DNA from: Rhodothermales bacterium
GTDB lineage: Bacteria > Bacteroidota > Rhodothermia > Rhodothermales > JANQRZ01
Length of the DNA: 64,000 nt
Direction: 5' to 3'
Assembly (NCBI GenBank): GCA_965215145.1
Contig: OZ244038.1
Location: 1,340,579 to 1,404,578 of the forward strand
Below are positions 9,108 to 17,270 of this stretch, piece after piece. Positions within the stretch are counted from its first letter, which is position 1; every line of letters starts with the position of its first letter. Both the position numbers and the translations under genes were made by a program. The notes under the pieces are model-generated. The model did no database searches. It saw nothing but the letters and a program-made list of their open reading frames with translations, and was not told the DNA's origin.

Positions 9108-10433
9108 ATGCGCCACACCCTCCACGCCCTCCTCGCCGCCGTCCTCCTCGTGCTGCTCGCGCCGCTTGCCCCCGCGCAGGACTTCGGGAGCGACGACGAC
9201 GTCGGCTTCGAGGACATCCAGTACTACCGGCCGAACAGCCAGGCCGGCCTCAACATGTTCGAGGTGCCCAAGGCGGCCAACGCGCCGTTCGACGGCTTCG
9301 AGGTCCACCTCGGCGGCGACTTCGCCATCCAGTTCCAGGCCCTCTCGCAGTCCAACGACGCCGACACCCTCGTCGCCCTGGCGAACAACTTCGCGCTGCC
9401 GACGGCGAACCTCAACGTCGACGTCCAGATCGCCGAGGGGATGCGGATGCACCTCCGCACCTACCTCTCCTCGCGGCACCACCCCGAGGCGTGGGTGAAG
9501 GGCGGCTACTTCCAGATCGACAACCTCGACTTCATCCAGGAGGGCTTCCTGGACAAGGTCATGGAGGTCGCGCGCTTCCGGTTCGGCATGGACGACATCA
9601 ACTACGGCGACACCCACTTCCGCCGCTCGGACAACGCGCGGGCCATCTACAACCCGTTCGTCAGCAACTACATCATGGACGCCTTCTCGACGGAGCCCTT
9701 CGCGGAGGTGACGGTCCTCAGGTCCGGCTTCCTCGGCGTCGCCGGCCTCTCGAACGGCCGCCTCAACCAGAGCCCGCTCGAAGGGGACGATGGCGTCGCC
9801 TTCTACGGCAAGCTCGGCTACGACGGCCAGGTCAACGACGCGGTCCGCGCCCGCCTGACGGGGTCGGTCTACCACAGCACCGACGCCGGTACGCGGGACT
9901 ACCTCTACGGCGGCGACCGTGCGGGGGCCCGGTACTACAACGTCCTGGAGGTGGTCGACGAGGAGCGCCCCAGCGACTTCCTGCCCCGCTTCAACCCGCG
10001 CTTCCCGCACCAGACGGCCGTCATGGTCAACCCGTTCGTGCGGTACCAGGCGCTCGACAACCTGGCCGTCGAGTTCTTCGGTGTGGTCGAGCAGAGCATG
10101 GGTGGGGGTGAGGTCCAGTTGGGCGAGGGGCAGATGGTCAAAAACGGCGGCTTCACGCAGCTCGGCGGCGAGCTCATCCTGCGGCTCGGCCCCGACGACG
10201 ACTTCTACGTCGGCGGGCGCTACAACACCGTCACCGGCGAGCAGGTCGAGGACGGGCCGGAGATGGAGATCAGCCGGCTCAACGTCGGCGGCGGCTGGTA
10301 CCTCACGCAGAACGTGCTGGCGAAGGCGGAGTACGTGACCTCCTCCTACGACGGCGACGGGTTCGCCAACGACATCCGGTACGCCGGCGCCGAGTTCAGC
10401 GGGTTCGTCCTCGAAGCTGCTATCAGCTTCTGA
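9108..10433 (+). CDS. Porin-like outer-membrane beta-barrel protein
   Basis: Signal peptide ending APAQD, alternating amphipathic strands, aromatic C-terminus ..VLEAAISF. The stop is embedded in the palindrome GACCCCGCGGGGTC (10432-10445). Confidence 0.55.
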   Translation: MRHTLHALLAAVLLVLLAPLAPAQDFGSDDDVGFEDIQYYRPNSQAGLNMFEVPKAANAPFDGFEVHLGGDFAIQFQALSQSNDADTLVALANNFALPTANLNVDVQIAEGMRMHLRTYLSSRHHPEAWVKGGYFQIDNLDFIQEGFLDKVMEVARFRFGMDDINYGDTHFRRSDNARAIYNPFVSNYIMDAFSTEPFAEVTVLRSGFLGVAGLSNGRLNQSPLEGDDGVAFYGKLGYDGQVNDAVRARLTGSVYHSTDAGTRDYLYGGDRAGARYYNVLEVVDEERPSDFLPRFNPRFPHQTAVMVNPFVRYQALDNLAVEFFGVVEQSMGGGEVQLGEGQMVKNGGFTQLGGELILRLGPDDDFYVGGRYNTVTGEQVEDGPEMEISRLNVGGGWYLTQNVLAKAEYVTSSYDGDGFANDIRYAGAEFSGFVLEAAISF

Positions 10434-10585
10434 CCCCGCGGGGTCGGCGCCCGCCACGAGGAGGCCGACGGTCGCCAGGGTTTCCGCCGGGTGCTGGAGC
10501 ACACGCTTTAATTTGGCCCTCATGTTCGCGGCACGGCGGCGGCGCAGGTTGGGGCCTTCCCAAGCTGGCCCGCACCCGCCCCGCC

Positions 10586-11374
10586 GTGGCCGTCCCGCTC
10601 CGCCTTCTCCCCCCCCGGCCGGTGACCGACCCGCCGCGCCCGCGCCCCGAGGGCGCCCCATTGCGGCTGGCCCTCGCTCTGCTCGCGGAGCGGGACGTGG
10701 CCGCCGTGCGGGCGTGCTGCCCGCCCCCCGTCGCGGCGGAGGCCGTTGGGGAGGAGGCTCCGTTAAGCGGCGCCTTCGACGCCCTGCTCGTCGGGTGGGA
10801 CGAGGCGGGCGACGGCGACTTCCAACGGTGGGCGCTGCGGGCGCGGACCGCCGGGCTCTACGTCTTCGCCCTCTGCGGCCCGGCCGACCGCGCCGCCGCC
10901 CTCGACGCCGGCGCCGACGCGGCCGTCGCGCACCCCCTCGACCCGGAGGTGCTCCGCGCGCAGGTGCGCGCCCTCCGCCGCCTCACCACCGGCGAGGACA
11001 CCCCGACGCCGCCGGACGGGACGCCGCCGGACGGGCAGCGCGCCGCCGCGCAGCCCCCCGAAGCCCTCGGCCCGCTCCGGCTCGACCGGCGGGCGCGGAC
11101 GGCGACGGTGGCGGGCGCGGACCTCCCCCTCACACTCAAGGAGTTCGACCTCCTCGCCCACCTCCTCGACCACGCCGGGGCGTGCTGCTCGCGCGACGAG
11201 ATCCTCCGCGACGTCTGGGGGATCGACTTCGAGACCGGCACGAACACCATCGACGTCTTCGTCTACGCCCTCCGGCGGAAGCTCCGCAGCCGCGGGCTCT
11301 CCGGCGCGATCCAGACCGTCCGCGGCGTCGGCTACCGCCTCGCGCCGGACGCCCTCACGGCCCCGCCCTCCTGA
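10586..11374 (+). CDS. OmpR/PhoB-type winged-helix regulator with degenerate (pseudo-)receiver domain
   Basis: C-terminal LTLKEFDLLAHLLDHAG..SRDEILRDVWGIDFETGTNTIDVFVYALRRKL..IQTVRGVGYRL is a clear Trans_reg_C. The N-terminal receiver-like region lacks the usual DD pocket and has C and H where the conserved T/S and K normally sit. GTG start uncertain. Confidence 0.7.
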   Translation: MAVPLRLLPPRPVTDPPRPRPEGAPLRLALALLAERDVAAVRACCPPPVAAEAVGEEAPLSGAFDALLVGWDEAGDGDFQRWALRARTAGLYVFALCGPADRAAALDAGADAAVAHPLDPEVLRAQVRALRRLTTGEDTPTPPDGTPPDGQRAAAQPPEALGPLRLDRRARTATVAGADLPLTLKEFDLLAHLLDHAGACCSRDEILRDVWGIDFETGTNTIDVFVYALRRKLRSRGLSGAIQTVRGVGYRLAPDALTAPPS

Positions 11375-11379
11375 CCCCG

Positions 11380-11883
11380 ATGCCCGACTCCTCCACCGGC
11401 GCCGCCACGGGCGGCCAGGTCCGCGTCTCCGCCGCCGTGCTCGACCGGCTCACGACGGTCGCGGCCAGCGAGGTCCCCGGCGTGCTCCACACCGAGAGCT
11501 ACGTCGGCGGCGCCGTCGTGGGCGGGGTGATCGGCGGGGCCGTCGGGTTCGCGCAGGGCGGCCCGGCGGGCGCGGCGGCGGCGGCAGCGGCGGGCTCCGT
11601 CGCGGGGGCGGCGGCGGCCCACCTCCTCCACGAGCGGCGCCGCCAGCAGGAGCTGGCCCCCCTCGACGGCGACGTGGCGCCTGAGCTGGACGTCCGCATC
11701 GTCGCGCGGTACGGGGAGGACCTCCACGCCCTGGCCGAGCAGGTGCGCGGCAGCGTCGAGGCCGCGCTCCGGGAGACGCTGGGGCTCCGCCCGAGCGCCG
11801 TCCGCGTCGAGGTGGTCGATGTGGCGGACCCCGGCTCCGAGCCCGCCCCGGCTCCCTACCCCGGCCCGCCGGCACCGCCATGA
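11380..11883 (+). CDS. Asp23/Gls24-family protein with Gly/Ala-rich hydrophobic insertion
   Basis: ATG 5 nt after the regulator stop. VSAAVLDRLTTVAASEVPGV.. and ..ELDVRIVARYGEDLHALAEQVRGSVEAALRETLGLRPSAVRVEVVDV fit Asp23. The insert is YVGGAVVGGVIGGAVGFAQGGPAGAAAAAAAGSVAGAAAA. Confidence 0.65.
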   Translation: MPDSSTGAATGGQVRVSAAVLDRLTTVAASEVPGVLHTESYVGGAVVGGVIGGAVGFAQGGPAGAAAAAAAGSVAGAAAAHLLHERRRQQELAPLDGDVAPELDVRIVARYGEDLHALAEQVRGSVEAALRETLGLRPSAVRVEVVDVADPGSEPAPAPYPGPPAPP

Positions 11884-12293
11884 CGGCCGCCGACCCCGTC
11901 GAGGAGGCCCGGAGCTACCGCGCCGCGCTCGCCCCGATGCGGGGGAGCGGCTCGGAGGACGGGTGGCTCCTGGCCGCCGCCGCGCTCCGGCAGGCCGCCG
12001 TCGGGGTGCCCGAGGTGGACGGCCTCGCCGACGCGGGCGCGTTCCAGACCCGCGGGCGCGGCCCCGCCGTCCTCGGCATCGCCCTCTCACCCCGGCTCGA
12101 CGGGAGCGTCCGCGCCGACGTGGGGCTCGTGCTGGCATCCTCGGCGCTGGCCGAGCCGGATCGGTTCGCGGCGGCGCTGCGGCTCGTCCGGCAGCGCCTC
12201 CGGGCGACGTGGGAGCGGCTCGGCTCCGGCACCCCCCTGGACCTCCACCTCCACGTCGTGGACGTGGGGCCGCAGGCGCGGGAGGGGGTTTAA
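11880..12293 (+). CDS. Asp23-like protein (divergent)
   Basis: ATGA start/stop overlap with the previous gene. C-terminal VRADVGLVLASSALAEPDRFAAALRLVRQRLRATWERLG..LDLHLHVVDV follows the Asp23 pattern. Confidence 0.45.
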   Translation: MTAADPVEEARSYRAALAPMRGSGSEDGWLLAAAALRQAAVGVPEVDGLADAGAFQTRGRGPAVLGIALSPRLDGSVRADVGLVLASSALAEPDRFAAALRLVRQRLRATWERLGSGTPLDLHLHVVDVGPQAREGV

Positions 12294-12354
12294 TGCGCTC
12301 ATCATAAACCACTAAGCCGCTGCTCATGCACGCCTGCTACCGGCGCCGCCAGCT

Positions 12355-13008
12355 TTGGACCGCCCCTCTTCCGCAGCGGCGCCCGCCCGCCCCGTGAACC
12401 CCCGCCTCCTCTACGGCCTGCTCCGCCTCGCCGCCCTCCTCGTGGGCGCGGCGCTGCTGCTCGGCGGCCTCGTCCTGCTGGCCCACAGCCTCGACGCGAC
12501 GGGGCCCTTCCGCGCGCTGCTCGGCGGGGGCGGGCTCGCCCTCGGGCTCGACCTGACGGAGTTCCCGCTGCGCGAGCGGTGGGTGTGGGCCGCCGCCGCC
12601 GTGGGGGTCGCGCTGCTGGGCGGGGCGCTGCTCGCGCTGGCCCTCGCGCCGACGGCCGAGCAGCGCGAGCGGAGCCGGCGCGTCCGCCTCTCGGGGCACA
12701 GCCGCAACGGGCTCTACGGCAGCGGCGAGGTCACCGTCTCGATGCGGAGCCTCTACGCCCTCGTCGTCCACGAGGCCGAGCGCGACCCCGCCGTGCGCGA
12801 GGCCGACCCCTCGCTCCGGCTTCAGCGCGACGGGTGGCACCTCGCCTGCCGCCTCGTCGTCACGCCCGAGGCCGTGCTGCCGGAGGTGGCCGCCCGCCTG
12901 AAGCCCCGCCTCAAGGACGCCCTCGAGCGCCACACCGGCCTCCCCGTAGCCCGCACCGACCTCGACGTCCAGCTCTTCGCCCTCGACGCCCGCCAGCGCG
13001 TCTACTGA
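12355..13008 (+). CDS. AmaP-like membrane anchor protein (alkaline-shock operon type)
   Basis: Two N-terminal TM helices, then GEVTVSMRSLYALVVHEAERDPAVREA..LACRLVVTPEAVLPEVAARLKPRLKDALERHTGLPVARTDLDV. Sits directly before the DUF2273-like and Asp23 genes. Confidence 0.55.
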   Translation: MDRPSSAAAPARPVNPRLLYGLLRLAALLVGAALLLGGLVLLAHSLDATGPFRALLGGGGLALGLDLTEFPLRERWVWAAAAVGVALLGGALLALALAPTAEQRERSRRVRLSGHSRNGLYGSGEVTVSMRSLYALVVHEAERDPAVREADPSLRLQRDGWHLACRLVVTPEAVLPEVAARLKPRLKDALERHTGLPVARTDLDVQLFALDARQRVY

Positions 13009-13034
13009 GCGCGCCCCGCCCCGAGCCTGATCCG

Positions 13035-13340
13035 ATGGGACCCCACGACCCGTTCCCTCCCCGTACCGACCGCCCCGGCTCCGGCCTGGGGGCTCCGCCG
13101 CCAGCCCCTCCCAGCGGGGGCGCCTCTCCGGCGCCACGCTCGCCGCGCACGGGTGCCCTCGCCGGCCTCACGCTCGGGGCCGCGTTCGGGTTCGTCGTGG
13201 TGGTGGCGGGGGTGGGAGCCGCGCTGCTGGTCCTCTTCTGCGCCGCCGTCGGGGCCGCCCTCGGCGCCGTCGTCTACGGCGCCCTCGCCGGCCGGCTCGA
13301 CCCGGCGGCGGCGTGGCGCTCGCTCTGGCGCTCCCCCTGA
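13035..13340 (+). CDS. Small integral membrane protein, DUF2273-like
   Basis: ATG 13035. Pro-rich N-terminus, then GALAGLTLGAAFGFVVVVAGVGAALLVLFCAAVGAALGAVVYGAL (two Gly/Ala-rich TM helices). Positioned between the AmaP-like and Asp23 genes. Confidence 0.5.
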   Translation: MGPHDPFPPRTDRPGSGLGAPPPAPPSGGASPAPRSPRTGALAGLTLGAAFGFVVVVAGVGAALLVLFCAAVGAALGAVVYGALAGRLDPAAAWRSLWRSP

Positions 13341-13388
13341 CACTCTGGCGCTCCCCCTGACGCTCCCCTCACCCAACCCCCTCCCCTC

Positions 13389-13886
13389 ATGGCTAAGACC
13401 CAGACCACTCCCGAGAAGGCCGGCGGCAACACGGGCTCCCCCCGCCGCGCCGGCGCGGACCTGATCGTCCCCGACGGGGCCTCCGTGCTCACCGGCGACG
13501 ACGGCCGCACCATCGTCCACAACCAGGTCGTCGCCAAGATCGCCGGGCTGGCCGTGCAGGAGATCGAGGGGGTCAACCGGCTCGTGCCCTACGGCGCCGG
13601 GCAGGCCGTGACCTCGTTCGCCAAGAACATCACGCGCAGCGACATGCACGACCTCGGGGTGCACGTCGAGGTCGGGGAGCGCGAGGCGGCCGTGGACGTC
13701 CGCGTCGTGACGGACTACGGCGCCAGCATCCCCGCCATCGCCGACGCCGTGCGCCGGAACGTCTCGGACCGGATCGGGGGGATGACCGGGCTGAAGGTGG
13801 TCGAGGTCAACATCGACGTGATCGACCTGTACTTCCCCGAGGAGGAGCAGGAGCCGGCCCCCGCACCGACGACGCGCGTGCAGTAG
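13389..13886 (+). CDS. Asp23/Gls24-family envelope stress protein
   Basis: TIVHNQVVAKIAGLAVQEIEGVNRL..VHVEVGEREAAVDVRVVTDYGASIPAIADAVRRNVSDRIGGMTGLKVVEVNIDVIDL is a canonical Asp23 pattern. Confidence 0.8.
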   Translation: MAKTQTTPEKAGGNTGSPRRAGADLIVPDGASVLTGDDGRTIVHNQVVAKIAGLAVQEIEGVNRLVPYGAGQAVTSFAKNITRSDMHDLGVHVEVGEREAAVDVRVVTDYGASIPAIADAVRRNVSDRIGGMTGLKVVEVNIDVIDLYFPEEEQEPAPAPTTRVQ

Positions 13887-14053
13887 CCACATGCAGTAGC
13901 CACCGTGAGTAGCCGGACGCGGGCAGCGGCCCCGTCGATGGCCTGCGCCAGCGGCTCACGAACCTCGCCCGACCGGCGGCGTAACCCGGCCGGAGCGCGT
14001 CCCTCCCGGGTCGCCGGACCCCTCTTTCCCCCTCTGACAACGCCGTCCCTCCC

Positions 14054-14572
14054 ATGCTGCCATTCTCCCGACTCTCCCGCCTGCTCGTGCTCCTCGCCTT
14101 CGCGGGTGCAGGCCTCGTCGGCTGCGACTCCGAAGACCCCGTCGCCATCCCCACGCCGGAGGACCTCGAGGGCCTCTACGACTTCACCGAGTACCGGTTC
14201 GTGCCTGACGCCTCGGCCGTCGAGCCGGCCAACGTGCTCGACACACTCGTGGCGGCGCAGACGAGCATGGAGCTCTTCGGGAGTGGGCGGGTGATCTTCC
14301 GCTACAAGGTCGAGGAGGAGCCGAGCAACGCGCTCGACGGTTCCTTCGACCTCAACGCGACGCAGCTCCGGCTGCGCCTCGTGGGCGAGGGCGCGCTGAC
14401 GCGGCTGCTGCTCACCTCGCCCCTCATCTTCGAGCGGAACGACGAGGCCGGCCGGCTCACGCTGGACCAGGAGACCACGGCGAACCTCGCCGCCTACGAC
14501 CCCGACCGCTACGAGGGCCTGAACAGCGTCGACGGCACGCTCATGATCACCCTCGTCCGCCGCTCCGAGTAG
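14054..14572 (+). CDS. Lipoprotein of unknown function
   Basis: Lipobox LLAFAGAGLVGCDS. About 150-aa beta-rich mature part, no motif recognised. Confidence 0.5.
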   Translation: MLPFSRLSRLLVLLAFAGAGLVGCDSEDPVAIPTPEDLEGLYDFTEYRFVPDASAVEPANVLDTLVAAQTSMELFGSGRVIFRYKVEEEPSNALDGSFDLNATQLRLRLVGEGALTRLLLTSPLIFERNDEAGRLTLDQETTANLAAYDPDRYEGLNSVDGTLMITLVRRSE

Positions 14573-14668
14573 CACTGCCCGCTCCCCCTTTGGCCGTTCC
14601 ATGCGGAATGGCCTGCACCCGCCGGCTGCCGAAGGCGCGGCGTTCCCTTCTCTCGCACCTCCCCTCCT

Positions 14669-17266
14669 ATGATGCGCTCCCGCCCGCGTCCGGCCTCCCC
14701 GCGCCTTACCGGTCTCGTCCTGCTCCTCGCTCTCGCCTGTGCCACGGCGGCGCCCGCCGAAGCTCAGCTCCGCGGCGTCGGCTACCGGTTCTCGCCGACG
14801 GCCGGCTACGTCTCGTTCGAGGACAACGCCGGCCTCACCGACGGCTTCCTCTACGGCGGTGGGCTCGGCCTGAGCTTCGGGGAGTTCGTCGAGCTCGGCG
14901 GGCTCTACCTCGTCGGCAACGACTTCGAGACGGACTTCTCAGGCTTCTCGGGGCTCGAAGACGACACCGACCTCGCTGGCATGTTCGAGGCGATCCCGGC
15001 GCGCGAGGTGGACGTCCGCCGCTACGGCGGCGAGCTCACGCTCCGGCTCAGCAGCACCGGCCTCGCCCCCTTCCTCGTCGGCGGCGCCGGCGTCATCCGG
15101 TTCGACCCCGAGGGCCGGGACCCGAGCGAGAACATCTACCTCTCCGGCGGTGCGGGCATCCAGCTCACCGGGGCCGACCGGTTCGCGCTCGCGCTCCAGG
15201 GCCAGCTCCTGACCTACCGCTACAACCCCGCCAGCACCCTCCTCACCGCCGAGGATTTCGCCGGCCTCAGCACCGCGGACCGGATGGCCGTGAACCGGGA
15301 CCTCCTCGTCCGCAACCTCGCCTTGCGGGCCTCGCTCCGGCTCTACCTCGGCGGGCGCCGCCCCGGCGAGCTGACCGACGTCGACCGGGCCTACCTCGAG
15401 CAGTTCTCCGGCGGCCTCAGCGGGCTCAGCCTCCAGGTCGAGCCGTTCTACGGGCGGCTCAACTTCAACGACGACCTCCCCTACCGCGACCAGTCGTTCG
15501 TCGGCGCCGAGGCCGGCGTGAACCTCGGCCCGCTCGTGGGGCTCCGGGGGTTCTACATGCGCGGCGTGGACTCCGGCGACCCCTTCGACTTCCAGCCCAT
15601 CCAGCTCTTCGGCGGGCACGCCAAGCTCCGGCTCTCCGAGGGCGCCGGCGTCGTCCCCTTCATCACCGTCGGCGCCGGCTACCTCGACGTGCTGAGCGAC
15701 TACGGGGAGCTCGAGGCGGCCGAGCTTTTCGGCCCCCGCGGCGGCACCATCGGCTTCGTCGGGCAGGAGCGGTTCGAGGACAAGCCGTTCGCGCAGGGCG
15801 GCGCCGGGCTCGAGGTCCCGATCAGCCCGCGCCTCCGGCTCCACGGCGAGGCCCGCGCCTTCGTCATCTCGAACCAGGAGGCCGGCGACGTGAGCCGGCC
15901 GGAGGAGGTCAAGATCAGCCCGATGTACCGCGGCGGCCTCACCTTCGGCCTCGGCGGCTCGACGGGCGACGCGCCGGCCGTCGTCACGCGCGCGGAGCTC
16001 GAGCGGCAACTCGCCGAGGAGCGGCGCGAGGCCGCCGAGGAGTACGTCGCGCTCGAACAGGAGCTGGCCGAGGCCCGCCTCCGGGGGGACTCGCTCGCGG
16101 CGGCGCGGATCGAGGCTGAGCAGGCCCGCGCGCTCGAGATGGCGACGCAGCAGCCGGCGCCGGCCGCCCTGGAGGAGCCCGTGATGGTCCGGCAGCCGGA
16201 CGGCCGGGTGGTCGTGCAGCAGCCGGCCGAGCGCCGCTCCGGCGACCTCGTGGTGGTGGGGGAGGAGGTCCGCACCGCGCAGGGCGACCGGATCGTGACG
16301 ATCCCGCTGCCGGAGCAGGGCGAGCTCTACGTCCGCTACGGCGACCCCGGCGGGGTCCAGATCGAGTCCACCTTCGAGGGCGAGGAGGCCGGCGCCCGCG
16401 CCGCCGCCCCCGCCTCGGCACAGGCCGCGGCGCCGAGCGACGAGGAGCTGCGCGCCCTGATCCGCGAGGCCGTCGGCGACGCCGTCGCCGCCGAGGGCGA
16501 GGCCGCCGACGAGGACGCCCGTGTGGCCGACCTCGAACGGCAGCTCGAAGACCTCGTCCGCTCCGAGATCGAGCGCGAGCAGGTCGAGGGCGTCTCCGAG
16601 GCCGAGCTCGAGCTGATGGAGCGCCGCCTGCTCGACCGCCTCACCGACGAGATCCGCGACCTCCGCGGGGACGTCCGCGACGACCTGCGTGATGACCGGG
16701 ACGATGCCCCCGTGATCGTGCAGACCCCGCAGCCGGGCGTGGTCGCCCCCGTCACCGGCCAGGGTGCGGTGGCCGTGGCCGAGCCGGCGGTGGTGGAGCG
16801 GCAGGGGTTCGTCGGGATCTCGCCCGTGGCCGGGTTCGCCTTCGGGCGGGGGCCGGAGCAGGTGCTGATCGGCCTCCGCACCGAGTACCACCCCGGCGGC
16901 CTCTCCGACCTCCGGTACTACCCCGAGCTGCTGCTCGGCGTCGGCGGCGAGCGCTCGTTCGCCTTCAACGTGAACGGCATCTTCGGCGTCCCCGGCTTCG
17001 ACGACCAGCTCGCCCCCTATGCCGGCGTCGGCCTCGGCGTCGTCAGCTACGCCGGCGACGGCGACGACAGCGGCGGCAACACCGACCCCTTCTTCGGGAA
17101 CGTGGACGACGGCGGCGACGACGTACCGGGCTTCCTGCTCACGCTCAACCTCGCGCTCGGCGCCGAGTTCGAGGTGGGCCGGAACCGGGTCTTCACCGAG
17201 CTCAACACGGCCAACCTGACCCGGTTCTACCGGCTCCTCGTCGGCTACCGCTTCGACTTCGACTGA
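14669..17266 (+). CDS. 865-aa outer-membrane protein: beta-barrel-like modules flanking an acidic coiled-coil region
   Basis: Signal peptide ..AAPAEAQ. Residues about 35-445 and about 700-865 have Gly/aromatic-rich alternating strands typical of small OM barrels. Residues about 447-690 are Glu/Arg/Asp-rich heptad-like sequence (ELERQLAEERREAAEEYVALEQELAEARL.., DLERQLEDLVRSEIEREQVEG..). Confidence 0.6.
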   Translation: MMRSRPRPASPRLTGLVLLLALACATAAPAEAQLRGVGYRFSPTAGYVSFEDNAGLTDGFLYGGGLGLSFGEFVELGGLYLVGNDFETDFSGFSGLEDDTDLAGMFEAIPAREVDVRRYGGELTLRLSSTGLAPFLVGGAGVIRFDPEGRDPSENIYLSGGAGIQLTGADRFALALQGQLLTYRYNPASTLLTAEDFAGLSTADRMAVNRDLLVRNLALRASLRLYLGGRRPGELTDVDRAYLEQFSGGLSGLSLQVEPFYGRLNFNDDLPYRDQSFVGAEAGVNLGPLVGLRGFYMRGVDSGDPFDFQPIQLFGGHAKLRLSEGAGVVPFITVGAGYLDVLSDYGELEAAELFGPRGGTIGFVGQERFEDKPFAQGGAGLEVPISPRLRLHGEARAFVISNQEAGDVSRPEEVKISPMYRGGLTFGLGGSTGDAPAVVTRAELERQLAEERREAAEEYVALEQELAEARLRGDSLAAARIEAEQARALEMATQQPAPAALEEPVMVRQPDGRVVVQQPAERRSGDLVVVGEEVRTAQGDRIVTIPLPEQGELYVRYGDPGGVQIESTFEGEEAGARAAAPASAQAAAPSDEELRALIREAVGDAVAAEGEAADEDARVADLERQLEDLVRSEIEREQVEGVSEAELELMERRLLDRLTDEIRDLRGDVRDDLRDDRDDAPVIVQTPQPGVVAPVTGQGAVAVAEPAVVERQGFVGISPVAGFAFGRGPEQVLIGLRTEYHPGGLSDLRYYPELLLGVGGERSFAFNVNGIFGVPGFDDQLAPYAGVGLGVVSYAGDGDDSGGNTDPFFGNVDDGGDDVPGFLLTLNLALGAEFEVGRNRVFTELNTANLTRFYRLLVGYRFDFD

Positions 17267-17270
17267 GCCC

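Noticed and set aside
10513-11379. N-terminal 289 codons of ORF 10513..11883 (and similar 5' extensions of ORFs 1556..3571, 12579..13340, 50359..52401, 27036..28601, 54977..56527)
   Set aside because: The extensions are Arg/Pro/Gly-rich, overlap recognised genes in other frames, and precede obvious true starts (signal peptides or conserved N-termini). Only the 3' portions are called.
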